Shown here piece after piece: positions 19,233-28,525 of a stretch of 64,000 nt of DNA (position 1 is its first letter; every line of letters begins with the position of its first letter). The DNA is from a virus: IMG/VR virus record IMGVR_UViG_3300014502_000004, positions 13,564 through 77,563 of that record; one strand, 5' to 3'. The notes under the pieces were generated by a model that did not search any database, had not been told where the DNA came from, and worked only from the letters and a program-made list of their open reading frames with translations. The position numbers and the translations under genes were made by a program.

Positions 19233-19937
19233 ATGTCCAGAACTCCAGTCAAATCCAAGCCCATTGCATCTCGCTCCATAGCTGGTCCACAGCTGGTCAA
19301 CATACCCAAAAAGAAGCCCTCTGGGATCAAACCAGCCAAGGCTTCTAGAGAAGAGATTGAAGATCGCAGAAAGCAAGTTGGCCGATTGAGAATGCGTGGT
19401 CTAGGCTATCGCTCCATTGCTAAGCTTCTAGGTGTTGGTTTCATGACCGTGAAGCGTGACCTTGAAGCCATACGTGAGGATAACAAGAAACGAGTTAGTG
19501 CTTTTGAACAAGAGCAACATTTAGGTGAGAGTCTTTCGGTGTTTGAAGAGTGTGAACTAAGAGCTTGGCAGGATTACCACGAGGCTGGAGCCGGGACCAT
19601 ACAACGCAAACACTTCCTCGACACTATACAGGATGCTAGAAACAATCAGATCAAACTACTGACTGATGTTGGGCTCATTAGCAAAGAGCCTGCAAAGGTC
19701 GATGTGAGAGTTAGATCTGAATTGATACAGCATTGGTCGCCAGAGGCACAGGCTTTAGTTGCTATGGCGATCCTCAAGTCCAAACTACCAGCTGCAGCAG
19801 AACCGATACCAGATAGAAATTTGATTGAAGCTCACTCAAACAATGTAATTGATATAGAGGAAGAATCAGATGCCACCGAAGAGCCAGTCATTCCAGCAAC
19901 CCAAGCTGCCCCTGCTGCTGGCTCACCTCACGAGTGA
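19233..19937 (+). CDS. HTH protein, candidate terminase small subunit
   Basis: RLRMRGLGYRSIAKLLGVGFMTVKRDL HTH followed by helical region; near terL. Confidence 0.55.
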   Translation: MSRTPVKSKPIASRSIAGPQLVNIPKKKPSGIKPAKASREEIEDRRKQVGRLRMRGLGYRSIAKLLGVGFMTVKRDLEAIREDNKKRVSAFEQEQHLGESLSVFEECELRAWQDYHEAGAGTIQRKHFLDTIQDARNNQIKLLTDVGLISKEPAKVDVRVRSELIQHWSPEAQALVAMAILKSKLPAAAEPIPDRNLIEAHSNNVIDIEEESDATEEPVIPATQAAPAAGSPHE

Positions 19938-20472
19938 GCTGAAGAAGTCTGGCATTCATGTTACCAATCTGACTCTGGATAGCACCAGAGATCCCCATAC
20001 CCATGTTGCTAAGAATACTCTACACCTAGAGCTTGTGCTGATCAAACTCGATCCGTTAGCACCTACGTACATTTCTCACAACTATCGTTGTCAAATGAAT
20101 GTTGATCTAGTCAAGTACGAAATACCACAACAATCAATGTCACTCGTACCACTTGTGTCGATTCCTCTCATGAAGCCAGGCGAAATGGTTGATCGAGTAG
20201 TCGACCCAAACAAGTTGGCTGGTTGGATGCCACCAAAGATCGACATGAAAGGAAAGCCTCTCACAGAAGAGGACATGGAAGAGGCAATCCGATTGGCGGC
20301 TGGACAGGAGCCATATTCAGACCCACGCTATAGTAGCTACATACCAGCCAAATCTACACATCACTGTGATGGTACTAATGTGAAAGCAAAGCCTAAGAAG
20401 AAGCCACCTAAGCGTACTGATACATACTGGAACATACGTGGCAAACCAAAGACCACAAAGCCAGCAAAGTAA
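19870..20472 (+). CDS. Hypothetical protein
   Basis: 200-aa ORF, start uncertain. Confidence 0.45.
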   Translation: MPPKSQSFQQPKLPLLLAHLTSELKKSGIHVTNLTLDSTRDPHTHVAKNTLHLELVLIKLDPLAPTYISHNYRCQMNVDLVKYEIPQQSMSLVPLVSIPLMKPGEMVDRVVDPNKLAGWMPPKIDMKGKPLTEEDMEEAIRLAAGQEPYSDPRYSSYIPAKSTHHCDGTNVKAKPKKKPPKRTDTYWNIRGKPKTTKPAK

Positions 20473-20476
20473 ACCA

Positions 20477-21040
20477 ATGCGTGGCTTCAAACGTGGTGAT
20501 CGTGTGCAGGTGCGCGGAGGCAGCGTGCTGCTTGGGGCATACGGTACAGTCGTGTCGGATGCAGGTCGAGGCTATGGCAAGGTGGACGTGATATTCCATG
20601 GTCATCCCAGACCACGATTGATGGATGCTTCACGATTGGTGGTGACTGAGGAATCAACACCAACTAGAGAAGATGAAATGAAGGCATTACTGGCCAATCT
20701 ACCACAGCCAGTGAAGCCTGTGAGCATACTATCTCCGCTCAACAGTGGTCCAACTCCACAACCAACAAAGCCATACACAGTAGCACCTAAGACACAATGG
20801 CAAATAGACAACGAGAATAGAGAACGCGAGCAAGCAAAAGTAACTCGTGAAGCAAGAGAGAAGCAGGTAGCTACATACAAGCAAGCCAAGGTCAAAGCCA
20901 AGGAAGTGCTGGCACGATTGAAGGAAGCATACCCCACACAAGCTGACTTAGATCGTGAGGAAGCATTCATACACATGAACTATGAAGTGTGGAAACGAAA
21001 GAACAAAGAACGATTGCAGCACGCCTATTGGAGCAAATGA
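20477..21040 (+). CDS. KOW/SH3-like domain protein
   Basis: FKRGDRVQV..G.VV..V.V.F pattern. Confidence 0.5.
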   Translation: MRGFKRGDRVQVRGGSVLLGAYGTVVSDAGRGYGKVDVIFHGHPRPRLMDASRLVVTEESTPTREDEMKALLANLPQPVKPVSILSPLNSGPTPQPTKPYTVAPKTQWQIDNENREREQAKVTREAREKQVATYKQAKVKAKEVLARLKEAYPTQADLDREEAFIHMNYEVWKRKNKERLQHAYWSK

Positions 21041-22704
21041 ACATGAAAGTTATCTACATTGCAGGTCCATTCCGAGACAAGCAAGGATTGATCGTACAAT
21101 GCAATCAGCAATGGCTGCGACAGAGGAAATGGCTAACAGAGCGACAAAGTTGCGAGGGTGATTCATGTCATACAAGATAGGTAAATTGCCACTAATACAA
21201 GTCAAGACAGAGTTTGAAGAGCACAACACTACACTGAAGGACACAATAAACAAAGCCATACATGCAGCGATGCTCAAAGGGTATCAGCCAACTATTCCGG
21301 CTCCCCAAAGGGTATCAACGCCTCCTAACTATCCAAATCCACCACTACATACAACTCAATTAGAGGTGGGCAGAGTAGTGATATACAAGCCATACCCAAA
21401 CAGTGTTGAAGAGCATACAGCAACGATTGTTGCAGGCCCATTTGATACACCATATGGTAAGTCTGACCCGGGATGGCAGATTAGACCAAACCATGGTGGC
21501 TCACCATACACGGTCCCACAAAGCAAGCTAATACTAACACCAACACCATACATACAAGCTTCAACACCACGAACGCCAGAGCAGCAAGACAAGATAACAC
21601 AAATCATACAGTTAATGCAGAACGGTCTCATTACAAAGGAGAAGGCAACAGAGCTTCTAAAGCCGCTTGGCTATTTCTTCACTCTGCCGCCTGCCATACC
21701 AGCCGAACCAGCTCCACAAGCCACCATACAAGCCCCCCAGAAGCCCCCACAAGCCACGCAAGCCATACATACAAGCCCGCTCACCGCTCGGGTGAAGCAA
21801 AGGGCTTTGAGAGCCTTTTGGGGCGCCGCAGAGGTTTCTAGAAACAAAGGCATACATACACAAGCCGCTTTAAAAGCCACATCTGAATGCCCCGGCTTAG
21901 ACCATTTAAAAGCCGCCATACAAGCCACGAAAGCTCCACATACAACTAACTCACAGGACATACGCAATCTAATAGCCCAATACCATGACCATACACTAAA
22001 CACTTACCCGTTCCCATGTGGGTCAATCATACAAGTCGCACTCGATGCTTTGAATCCAGCTCAGCTTAATATCGAGGCCCGTGTGCTATTCGATTACCTG
22101 CAACGGATATCTTGCCAACTAGGTTACTACATACATACTTCATTTGAGGAAACATCTAAGATTGGTGCCGAGGAATTGATTCGAAGGATAGAAGATTACC
22201 TCACACCATACATCCAAAATTGTCTATGTGGCCCACTTTACGGCATACCAATTGAGATAACCATACAATGGCACCTTCACGTTTTCGATCATGCAAGCGA
22301 AGTTCTGCAGGTCAAGCTATCGACGAACCACTAGAAGATCATCTGTCGTCTTACCACATACACTCACATACACGCTCTGCCATCACATACAAGCACCACT
22401 ACAATCGAGCAGTACAAGCCGTCAATTACCTTCACCATACAAGGTCTCTGTCGCTAGCTTGTCGAACCGGGTTTCAAGCTCCGGCCCTTCTCATACAAGG
22501 TCATACAATAGAATCTAGAATCTTCACTGATCTTGAAGATCTTAATCATCTTCCATACATACATAATCGTCACTCTCACTACGAACGATAAAAGCCACAA
22601 GCTAGTTCACCATACAAGCCGTCAAAGCATCGGCACCATACATACACTAGTCGTTTCAAGCTTGAACTGTTACTTTGCTTCACTCGATACACCATACATA
22701 CAAG
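20874..22704 (+). repeat. Dispersed co-oriented CATACAAG octamer (12 exact copies)
   Basis: Copies at 20874, 21169, 21551, 21725, 21768, 21917, 22028, 22386, 22436, 22492, 22611, 22697, plus many CATAC/CATACA. Confidence 0.85.
21165..22334 (+). CDS. Hypothetical protein with SH3-like domain
   Basis: IVAGPFD..YG...W...VP..L segment resembles the one in ORF 25083. Confidence 0.5.
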   Translation: MSYKIGKLPLIQVKTEFEEHNTTLKDTINKAIHAAMLKGYQPTIPAPQRVSTPPNYPNPPLHTTQLEVGRVVIYKPYPNSVEEHTATIVAGPFDTPYGKSDPGWQIRPNHGGSPYTVPQSKLILTPTPYIQASTPRTPEQQDKITQIIQLMQNGLITKEKATELLKPLGYFFTLPPAIPAEPAPQATIQAPQKPPQATQAIHTSPLTARVKQRALRAFWGAAEVSRNKGIHTQAALKATSECPGLDHLKAAIQATKAPHTTNSQDIRNLIAQYHDHTLNTYPFPCGSIIQVALDALNPAQLNIEARVLFDYLQRISCQLGYYIHTSFEETSKIGAEELIRRIEDYLTPYIQNCLCGPLYGIPIEITIQWHLHVFDHASEVLQVKLSTNH

Positions 22705-22754
22705 TCCAATCATACAGTAAGACAAAGCGAAGTAAATCCCCCATCATACATACA

Positions 22755-22870
22755 TGCATTCGCATTGCATAACGAATTGCATACGACATTGCAAAGCATC
22801 GCATTAGAGCACATTACAGAGCAAGCTCTTTCACAAGTCAAAAGCATCGCATTAGGTCGCATTGCATTGC
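22755..22870 (+). repeat. GCAT(T/C)-rich repeat block
   Basis: AAAGCATCGCATTAG direct repeat at 22793 and 22841, plus multiple GCATT. Confidence 0.7.
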
Positions 22871-22879
22871 CAGTCTAAG

Positions 22880-23070
22880 GGGCTACCTCAGGAGACAAGG
22901 ACAGAACAGAGTCAAAGGAGAGACAAGCTCCACACCAGTCAAGGGAAGAAGAGCAGAGACAAGGGAGCGAAGGACACAAGCCTACCAGGGCAAGCTCCAC
23001 AAGCAAGGAAGCAAGGCAAGCCTTCCTCCATGAGAGACAAGACAAGGAAGGCCACTAGAAGGCAAGCCAG
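22880..23070 (+). repeat. T-poor, purine-rich tract with GAGACAAG / CAAGCTCCACA repeats
   Basis: CAAGCTCCACA at 22924 and 22991; several GAGACAAG copies. Confidence 0.6.
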
Positions 23071-23546
23071 GGTTATTGAGAGCCCATTCTATTCGGTCCA
23101 GAGCTATCCTCTAGACTATCCTCCTCAATTGGCCCCAAGAGCCAGAGCGATTCACCCTCTCACGCGAGGGTGGGGGTCTGATAAGCACGTCAGGCCCTAG
23201 ACCACCCTTAGCCACAGGACTTCCCAAGAGATGGTGGTTTTTAATAGGTTTACCCTGTTGGCCAGACCAGGATGACCCTTTAAATGCAGCTCCTGGTAAC
23301 CCACTTTAAATGCCCCTACCCACGAATTCCCTAAAAGCACCCTTTCGTTTGGGCCAGAAAATATAATGTAGATTTTATTGTGATTTTGTTCTGCTAATAA
23401 AGATGGTTTTAATATGATATTCTAGAATCGTCATGTGCAGAAGGAATGCACATCTAGAATCTTGATGAGTTATTTAAATAGCGATGCCCAGGAACTTGAA
23501 TAAGCGATATCGGTTCTTAAAGGTAGGTCACCCCCAGAGGAAATGC

Positions 23547-23577
23547 TGTAAAACGATGGGTTGGGTTGTACTATAGG
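23547..23577 (+). promoter_or_regulatory. Conserved phage promoter-like motif, copy 2
   Basis: TGTAAAA-N12-TTGTACTATAGG at the head of the accessory gene array. Confidence 0.8.
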
Positions 23578-23592
23578 GTCTGGAGAGTAGAC

Positions 23593-24006
23593 ATGACTAG
23601 GAATACGAAGATACTAGGGATTTCAGTGAGCCGGTTGAGGAGGGTTCGATGCTACCTGACCCTGAAGGGAGCCCACAGGCTAAGTGCCTGCTCGCCTGCC
23701 ATGAAGCAGTGGAAGAGAGAGGGGTGGGGGAAGATAGAGGCAGGATGGATTCTGGAGAGGTTCATCAAACACTGCCCATGGTGTTTTGCCACGAACGCTC
23801 ATGATTTACTGAATAGATGTAGATGGGGTAACGGGGGTAGAGATTATAGATGGCTTGAAGGTACTGACCTATGCACCTGCGAAAACTGGGGTAACAGGAA
23901 CATGGTTGAGAGAGCCAGCAAAGCTGAGAAAGAGAAGCTCACTTTGCTATTGAGAGCTGTCATTATCAGGGCAAGTGAGAGTCTTGTAGATGAGCCGGAC
24001 CTGTGA
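23593..24006 (+). CDS. Hypothetical protein
   Basis: GGAG RBS, ATG 23593, first gene after promoter copy 2. Confidence 0.55.
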   Translation: MTRNTKILGISVSRLRRVRCYLTLKGAHRLSACSPAMKQWKREGWGKIEAGWILERFIKHCPWCFATNAHDLLNRCRWGNGGRDYRWLEGTDLCTCENWGNRNMVERASKAEKEKLTLLLRAVIIRASESLVDEPDL

Positions 24007-24335
24007 GGATGAGACAGATGAAGATCTACAAGTACGAATTGAAGAGAGACTATGGGAAACAGATCATCATCATGCCGGCTACTTCTATTCCTTTCAGTTT
24101 TGGCCATGACCCAACAGGTCAGATTTGTGTCTGGGCTCATGTTGAAGAACCTAACTTCAAAAATGGTGATGCCCCTCAGATGGAGCATGTCTTCTTTGTG
24201 GGTCTGACAGGACAGGATGGACCTGAGCTTCCAGGGGATATTCTGCGGCGATCCCTGGTGAATCTTGGAACCGTGAACGATGGTGGTTTCATGCTTCATT
24301 GTTTCTACCTTGGACGAAGAGAGAAACAGGGATGA
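24003..24335 (+). CDS. Conserved small phage protein
   Basis: KIYKYEL...ICVWAHV...GTV....HCF pattern common in phages. Confidence 0.7.
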   Translation: MRMRQMKIYKYELKRDYGKQIIIMPATSIPFSFGHDPTGQICVWAHVEEPNFKNGDAPQMEHVFFVGLTGQDGPELPGDILRRSLVNLGTVNDGGFMLHCFYLGRREKQG

Positions 24336-24610
24336 GAAGCTTGGTTTTGATGCTACTCGTCACTCAACCCGTGATCAAAGAGTACGATTGCGGGAAGCCC
24401 ATCTATGACGAAGATGCTACCTGCGTGAAGATCTGCATGAACCAACTCAAGAAGAAGGTTTATGCCGTGAAGCCTTTGTCCTGGCCAGTCACAGATGCAG
24501 AGAAAGAAGCTGTTCCTCAAGGCAGGGTCTGCGCCTGCTACACGGAGCGAGTGCTGATTGTCGATGGAATTGTGCCAACGTCTGAGATGCCACCAGAGGT
24601 GATCAAATGA
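24332..24610 (+). CDS. Putative secreted or membrane Cys-rich protein
   Basis: Hydrophobic N-terminus, several Cys. Confidence 0.55.
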   Translation: MRSLVLMLLVTQPVIKEYDCGKPIYDEDATCVKICMNQLKKKVYAVKPLSWPVTDAEKEAVPQGRVCACYTERVLIVDGIVPTSEMPPEVIK

Positions 24611-24716
24611 GAGCCTGCGAGAAGTGCCATGGTCCAGGCCCCTGTCTCTGGTCCAATGACCACCAAGACTACGGAGAGAGAGATGAAGTGCCACGCTGGG
24701 ATGGAGACCCCAAGAA

Positions 24717-24920
24717 ATGAAGTCCCTGGAAGAGATAGCCAGGGAGGCAGTCTGGCAAGTTCCAGCCTTCCGGAGCGCGGTCCGGGACCGTATTTTCCAG
24801 CTCTGGAAGCTAGGGTCTGAGGCCAGAAAACAGGGTCAAATTGAGCAGGCTGACGACCTGTTCAGGGAGGCAGCCGAGCTGACGGCTGCCTGGCAGATCT
24901 ACAGCCCGGAGGAGCTGTGA
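24717..24920 (+). CDS. Hypothetical protein
   Basis: Coupled ORF. Confidence 0.55.
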   Translation: MKSLEEIAREAVWQVPAFRSAVRDRIFQLWKLGSEARKQGQIEQADDLFREAAELTAAWQIYSPEEL

Positions 24921-25105
24921 TGGACACCAGATACGGGGTGATGAAGACCGAGTGCTGGCCCTGTGAGTGGTACGGAGGTCCGATCTTCAACGGGCAGAAG
25001 GTCAGCAACTGGACCTGCTACTACTGGCGAACCTGGAACGAGGCTCAGAGCTACTGTGACAAGATGAACAAGAGGCTGGACAATGATCATAGATCAGAAG
25101 TCTGA
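24917..25105 (+). CDS. Hypothetical protein (Trp/Cys-rich)
   Basis: GGAGG RBS, coupled. Confidence 0.55.
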   Translation: MMDTRYGVMKTECWPCEWYGGPIFNGQKVSNWTCYYWRTWNEAQSYCDKMNKRLDNDHRSEV

Positions 25106-25523
25106 TCTCAAGCTTCTCCGCAAGGCCATCAACTCCAGTCTTCGGATGGGTTGCATCGTCAACATGCCAGATGAGGACGAAGCTCGTCTGATTCGGATTC
25201 TGGTGGACATCGAAGATGAGCTGACAGGTCACAAGGAACCAAAGTTCAAGATCGGTAGCAGAGTGAGTCATGGACCACCTCACAGCAAAGGACCAAGAAG
25301 GTTTGGTGGGATCGTGGAAGGACCATTTGATAACGGTCCTTATGGTCCGTCATGGAAAGTGGAGCTGCTACCTGACGATGATCATCCCAGAGAGATCATC
25401 AACGTACCTGAAGAACACTTGCAGCAGAGATGCAACTGCTGTGAGAGAGGCGATGAGTACAACGGATTTCACACAGGGCCTCATCTTTTCGAGTGCCCCA
25501 AACAATGTGCCTGTCACGACTAG
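25083..25523 (+). CDS. SH3-like domain protein with C-terminal Cys cluster
   Basis: FKIGSRV..IVEGPFD..W.V; CNCC...CPKQCAC. Confidence 0.6.
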   Translation: MIIDQKSDLKLLRKAINSSLRMGCIVNMPDEDEARLIRILVDIEDELTGHKEPKFKIGSRVSHGPPHSKGPRRFGGIVEGPFDNGPYGPSWKVELLPDDDHPREIINVPEEHLQQRCNCCERGDEYNGFHTGPHLFECPKQCACHD

Positions 25524-25529
25524 GAGATC

Positions 25530-25859
25530 ATGATGAAGATGCTTGACCCTGAGAACTTCGACCCAGCTACCAGAGCCTACCCCTTCCCTGATGGAGAGGT
25601 CTCTCCTGGGATCAGTGTCACCACGGACATTGTTGCCTTCCGTGGCCAGCGTGGACCCATCAAAGAGGTGGGTGCCAACGGGTGTCAGATCGATGACATG
25701 ATCAAGTTCGCCCGTATGACCATCGAGGTCTTCAACAAGAAGTTCCCCTGTCGTGAGAATGCTCTGGCCATCACCAAGCTGGAGGAAGCCGAGATGTGGC
25801 TCCAGCGCAGGACAGAGAATCGGACGGCTCGAGGGGTCGAGGGTAGGAACGAGAAATGA
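25530..25859 (+). CDS. tad1: Tad1-like anti-Thoeris/anti-CBASS nucleotide sponge
   Basis: QRGPIKE.G.NG...F....PCRENALAITKLEEAEMWLQRR.ENR.ARGVEG matches the recalled Tad1 C-terminal signature. Confidence 0.8.
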   Translation: MMKMLDPENFDPATRAYPFPDGEVSPGISVTTDIVAFRGQRGPIKEVGANGCQIDDMIKFARMTIEVFNKKFPCRENALAITKLEEAEMWLQRRTENRTARGVEGRNEK

Positions 25860-26257
25860 CGACCAAGAAGGTTGTTCCCATGAATGATGAGCTGAAGAAG
25901 CAGTTGCCCAAGGAGAAGCTGACTGAACCTTGTCCAGTCAAGCTCTTCAACAACGTCGTGGATGCGGTGGCCACAGCAGCTCTGAGTCGCAGACCCCAGC
26001 TGATGGCAGCAGCCCTGAGTCAGATCACAGACCCCAACATGCATTTGACTCATGAAGAGTCAGTGGCTGTTCTCAAGATCACCCAGGAGCTGATTGTTCA
26101 GTTGGAGGAGAAAGAGAACCAGAACCAGCTGCGGGCCATGAACGAGAGGATCTTGACTCTGATGGAGAAGTATCGGAGTCTGGTGCCTGGCATGATCACC
26201 AACGCCTTCGATGAGATCACGGAGAAGCTCTGCGAGCCACTGCCAAAGGGGGTGTGA
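25856..26257 (+). CDS. Hypothetical protein
   Basis: Coupled ORF. Confidence 0.6.
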   Translation: MTTKKVVPMNDELKKQLPKEKLTEPCPVKLFNNVVDAVATAALSRRPQLMAAALSQITDPNMHLTHEESVAVLKITQELIVQLEEKENQNQLRAMNERILTLMEKYRSLVPGMITNAFDEITEKLCEPLPKGV

Positions 26258-26517
26258 AGATGTGGTGGCTGTCTTTTGCTGATCCCGACAGACCTGAAGG
26301 CACCCAGTTCTTGGGTGCAGCCATCGTCAGAGCGATGAGTTTCCTGGAGGCAGTCCAGGTAGCCCATCATTTGGGGATCAACTCAGGTGGTGAGGTTCAG
26401 TCTCTGCAGATTCCTCCAGAGATGAAGATTCCTGAGAAGTGGATCGAACGCCTGCTCACCAAGGCAGAGTGCGAGGAGTTCGACACGGAGATGTTGAGTG
26501 CCCAAGTCCAACTGTGA
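26254..26517 (+). CDS. Conserved small phage protein
   Basis: WWLSFADP..FLGAAIV...GIN.GGEV. Confidence 0.65.
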   Translation: MKMWWLSFADPDRPEGTQFLGAAIVRAMSFLEAVQVAHHLGINSGGEVQSLQIPPEMKIPEKWIERLLTKAECEEFDTEMLSAQVQL

Positions 26518-26719
26518 CTGTGACGGACGCTGCCCCCGCTGCTGCCATGCCCGTGGGGAGGAGATGGCAGCGTCTGATCTTGATGATCTGAAGAGGATGA
26601 CTTGTTTGGTTTGTGAAACCAAATTGACGATGCCTGGGGGCTACTACGGGACAGGAATGTGTGGCCCTTGCTGCACAGGAGAGTCTGCGACCCTTCAGGA
26701 GAAAGGGATCAATTGGTGA
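26498..26719 (+). CDS. Cys-rich small protein
   Basis: Multiple CxxC; TGMCGPCCTGE. Confidence 0.55.
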   Translation: MPKSNCDCDGRCPRCCHARGEEMAASDLDDLKRMTCLVCETKLTMPGGYYGTGMCGPCCTGESATLQEKGINW

Positions 26720-26991
26720 TGGAGAAACATCTGGGAAGGAGCCAGCAAGCGGTCTTGGACTTTGTTCTGGCTCAGGACCATCCTGTTGACGCTGTGGAGG
26801 TTGGGTTGTCTCTCTATGAGAAGACGAGCAACGGTGCTCATCTCAGAACGTTCTGGTCCAAAGATCACAACTCTCGGTGTTGGGCTGGGAAGGTTCTGAA
26901 TCTGTTGGTGCGGAGGGGCTACCTGCAGCGATGTGAGAAGAAAGGGTATTATGAGCCAGTTCCTCCTGCTGAGTGGTCACCTCATAAATAG
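26719..26991 (+). CDS. Putative winged-HTH protein
   Basis: LGRSQQAVLDFV...VLNLLVRRGYLQR..KGYY. Confidence 0.55.
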   Translation: MEKHLGRSQQAVLDFVLAQDHPVDAVEVGLSLYEKTSNGAHLRTFWSKDHNSRCWAGKVLNLLVRRGYLQRCEKKGYYEPVPPAEWSPHK

Positions 26992-27001
26992 GAGAAGGTT
27001 G

Positions 27002-27430
27002 ATGCCAGATGAATTGAAGTGGGGTTGGATGTACATCGATGCTGAAGCGGCTCATGGTGAGTTTGATACTAGAGAAGAAGCAATCAAAGATGCGATGAAT
27101 GACAAAGATGAGAATGGTGTTGTAACTGATGATTCTTTTGAGCTTGTAGTTGGCAGGTGTGTGTATCCTGATCCAACCAATTATCTCGATGATGATCTAG
27201 ATGATCTTCTAGAAAGAATGGATCAGAGAGCTTGTGATGGTGATTTTGGTTTCTGGGAGGACGAGATCTTTACTGTTGCCGATCCTAAAGCTGCCCAAGA
27301 AGACCTGACCAAAGCTCTTGCAGAGTGGGCCAAGAAGCATATCCGGAAGCCAGATTGTTGGACGTTGGAGTCCACTGAGAAAGTGATTATTGGAAAAGTA
27401 GATGACAGATCAATTGAAGAGAAAGTATGA
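27002..27430 (+). CDS. Acidic hypothetical protein
   Basis: AGGAG RBS; GEFDTREEAI motif. Confidence 0.65.
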   Translation: MPDELKWGWMYIDAEAAHGEFDTREEAIKDAMNDKDENGVVTDDSFELVVGRCVYPDPTNYLDDDLDDLLERMDQRACDGDFGFWEDEIFTVADPKAAQEDLTKALAEWAKKHIRKPDCWTLESTEKVIIGKVDDRSIEEKV

Positions 27431-28058
27431 TGAGATTGCAGCTTACATCTATTCATTCTGTAAAAAGATGGGTTGTACTCCTAATGGAAAGTTGACAGGT
27501 CTTTGCTGCGATCATTTTACTTGTGATCTTATGCAAGAACAAGCTGGTCAGAAGTTCGAGATTGAGCTTGATTTTGAGAAGATGAATACGTTTGTCAATA
27601 GCGGTCATTGTATTGTCCCACCACATCTCAGACCACTGTGCTCTGTTCACGCATGTGAGAGACTGCAGTTGTGGGCTCCAGGTTTCTTTGATAAGTGGAT
27701 GAGAATGCGTGAAGTTATTGAAGAGATGGAATACAGGGAGAGAAAGAAAATGAGTAAGAAGGTTAAGAGAGAAACGTTCAAGGTGGGTGACAAGGTTTGC
27801 TGGAGCAGTCAGGCAGGTAGCTACTGGAAAAAGAAGGAAGGGGTGGTCATCAGGGTTGTTGGAGCGGGTGAGCCATGTAACTGTACTGGTGATGAGATGG
27901 CTGAGTTCGATACTACGGCTGTGGGTTGCTTCTCTCGTGATCATGAGAGCTACGTGGTTTCAGTAACGAGTAACAAGGCAGGTAGGATCCCCAAGCTGTA
28001 TCGTCCTGTGGTGGGCAGGCTCAAGCTTGTGGAGAGTGTAGGATCTGCGAATGAGTGA
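27402..28058 (+). CDS. Hypothetical protein (Cys cluster + SH3-like; possible internal start at 27750)
   Basis: 218-aa ORF; FKVGDKVCWSS. Confidence 0.55.
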   Translation: MTDQLKRKYDEIAAYIYSFCKKMGCTPNGKLTGLCCDHFTCDLMQEQAGQKFEIELDFEKMNTFVNSGHCIVPPHLRPLCSVHACERLQLWAPGFFDKWMRMREVIEEMEYRERKKMSKKVKRETFKVGDKVCWSSQAGSYWKKKEGVVIRVVGAGEPCNCTGDEMAEFDTTAVGCFSRDHESYVVSVTSNKAGRIPKLYRPVVGRLKLVESVGSANE

Positions 28059-28254
28059 GTTGGAGCAGACGGAGAAGATGCTGCTTCACGCAGATATCAA
28101 ATACATCAAGACAGAAGGAGTAGACAAGGATTGGTCAGTGACCCATGGTGTCTGGTGGCTTCGGATTCCAACAAGTCGTGAAGTAGTGGTCTACACGTTC
28201 AATAAAGGTGATGGTAGACTTGTGCAACTCACGGTGGAGAACGATGACGACTGA
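28051..28254 (+). CDS. Hypothetical protein
   Basis: Coupled ORF. Confidence 0.5.
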   Translation: MSELEQTEKMLLHADIKYIKTEGVDKDWSVTHGVWWLRIPTSREVVVYTFNKGDGRLVQLTVENDDD

Positions 28255-28423
28255 AGAGAAGAAGGTTATTGATAAGATTCATGATATGTTTGGCTACACC
28301 TGGTTTACATCCAGGATGGTGAAGGTGAAGCTGGATGTATTGGGGCAGATGGAGAAGAAGAATCTGTTGGAGTCTGGTAGGGCTGTGGCAGGTGGTGCTA
28401 CTATATTCCGTATCAAACCATAA
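28244..28423 (+). CDS. Small winged-helix-like protein
   Basis: GGAG RBS; LGQMEKKNLLES. Confidence 0.45.
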   Translation: MTTEEKKVIDKIHDMFGYTWFTSRMVKVKLDVLGQMEKKNLLESGRAVAGGATIFRIKP

Positions 28424-28525
28424 TGTAGTTAGTGTGATCCTATGTAGTATCCCCAATAAAAAGATGGTGTTGTGAGTCAAATTGCTAAGGCTGCAATTAA
28501 ATCAACATCGTAGTGGAGATTATAA

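Noticed and set aside
20989-21180. Nucleoside deoxyribosyltransferase-like gene (KVIYIAGPF)
   Set aside because: Only the first strand motif is present and the rest does not fit; at most a remnant
20874-22704. CRISPR array
   Set aside because: Repeats are only 8 bp and irregularly spaced; no cas genes
22268-23200. Short + strand ORFs in the repeat zone
   Set aside because: Overlapping ORFs in several frames explained by low T/G content; no RBS or motifs
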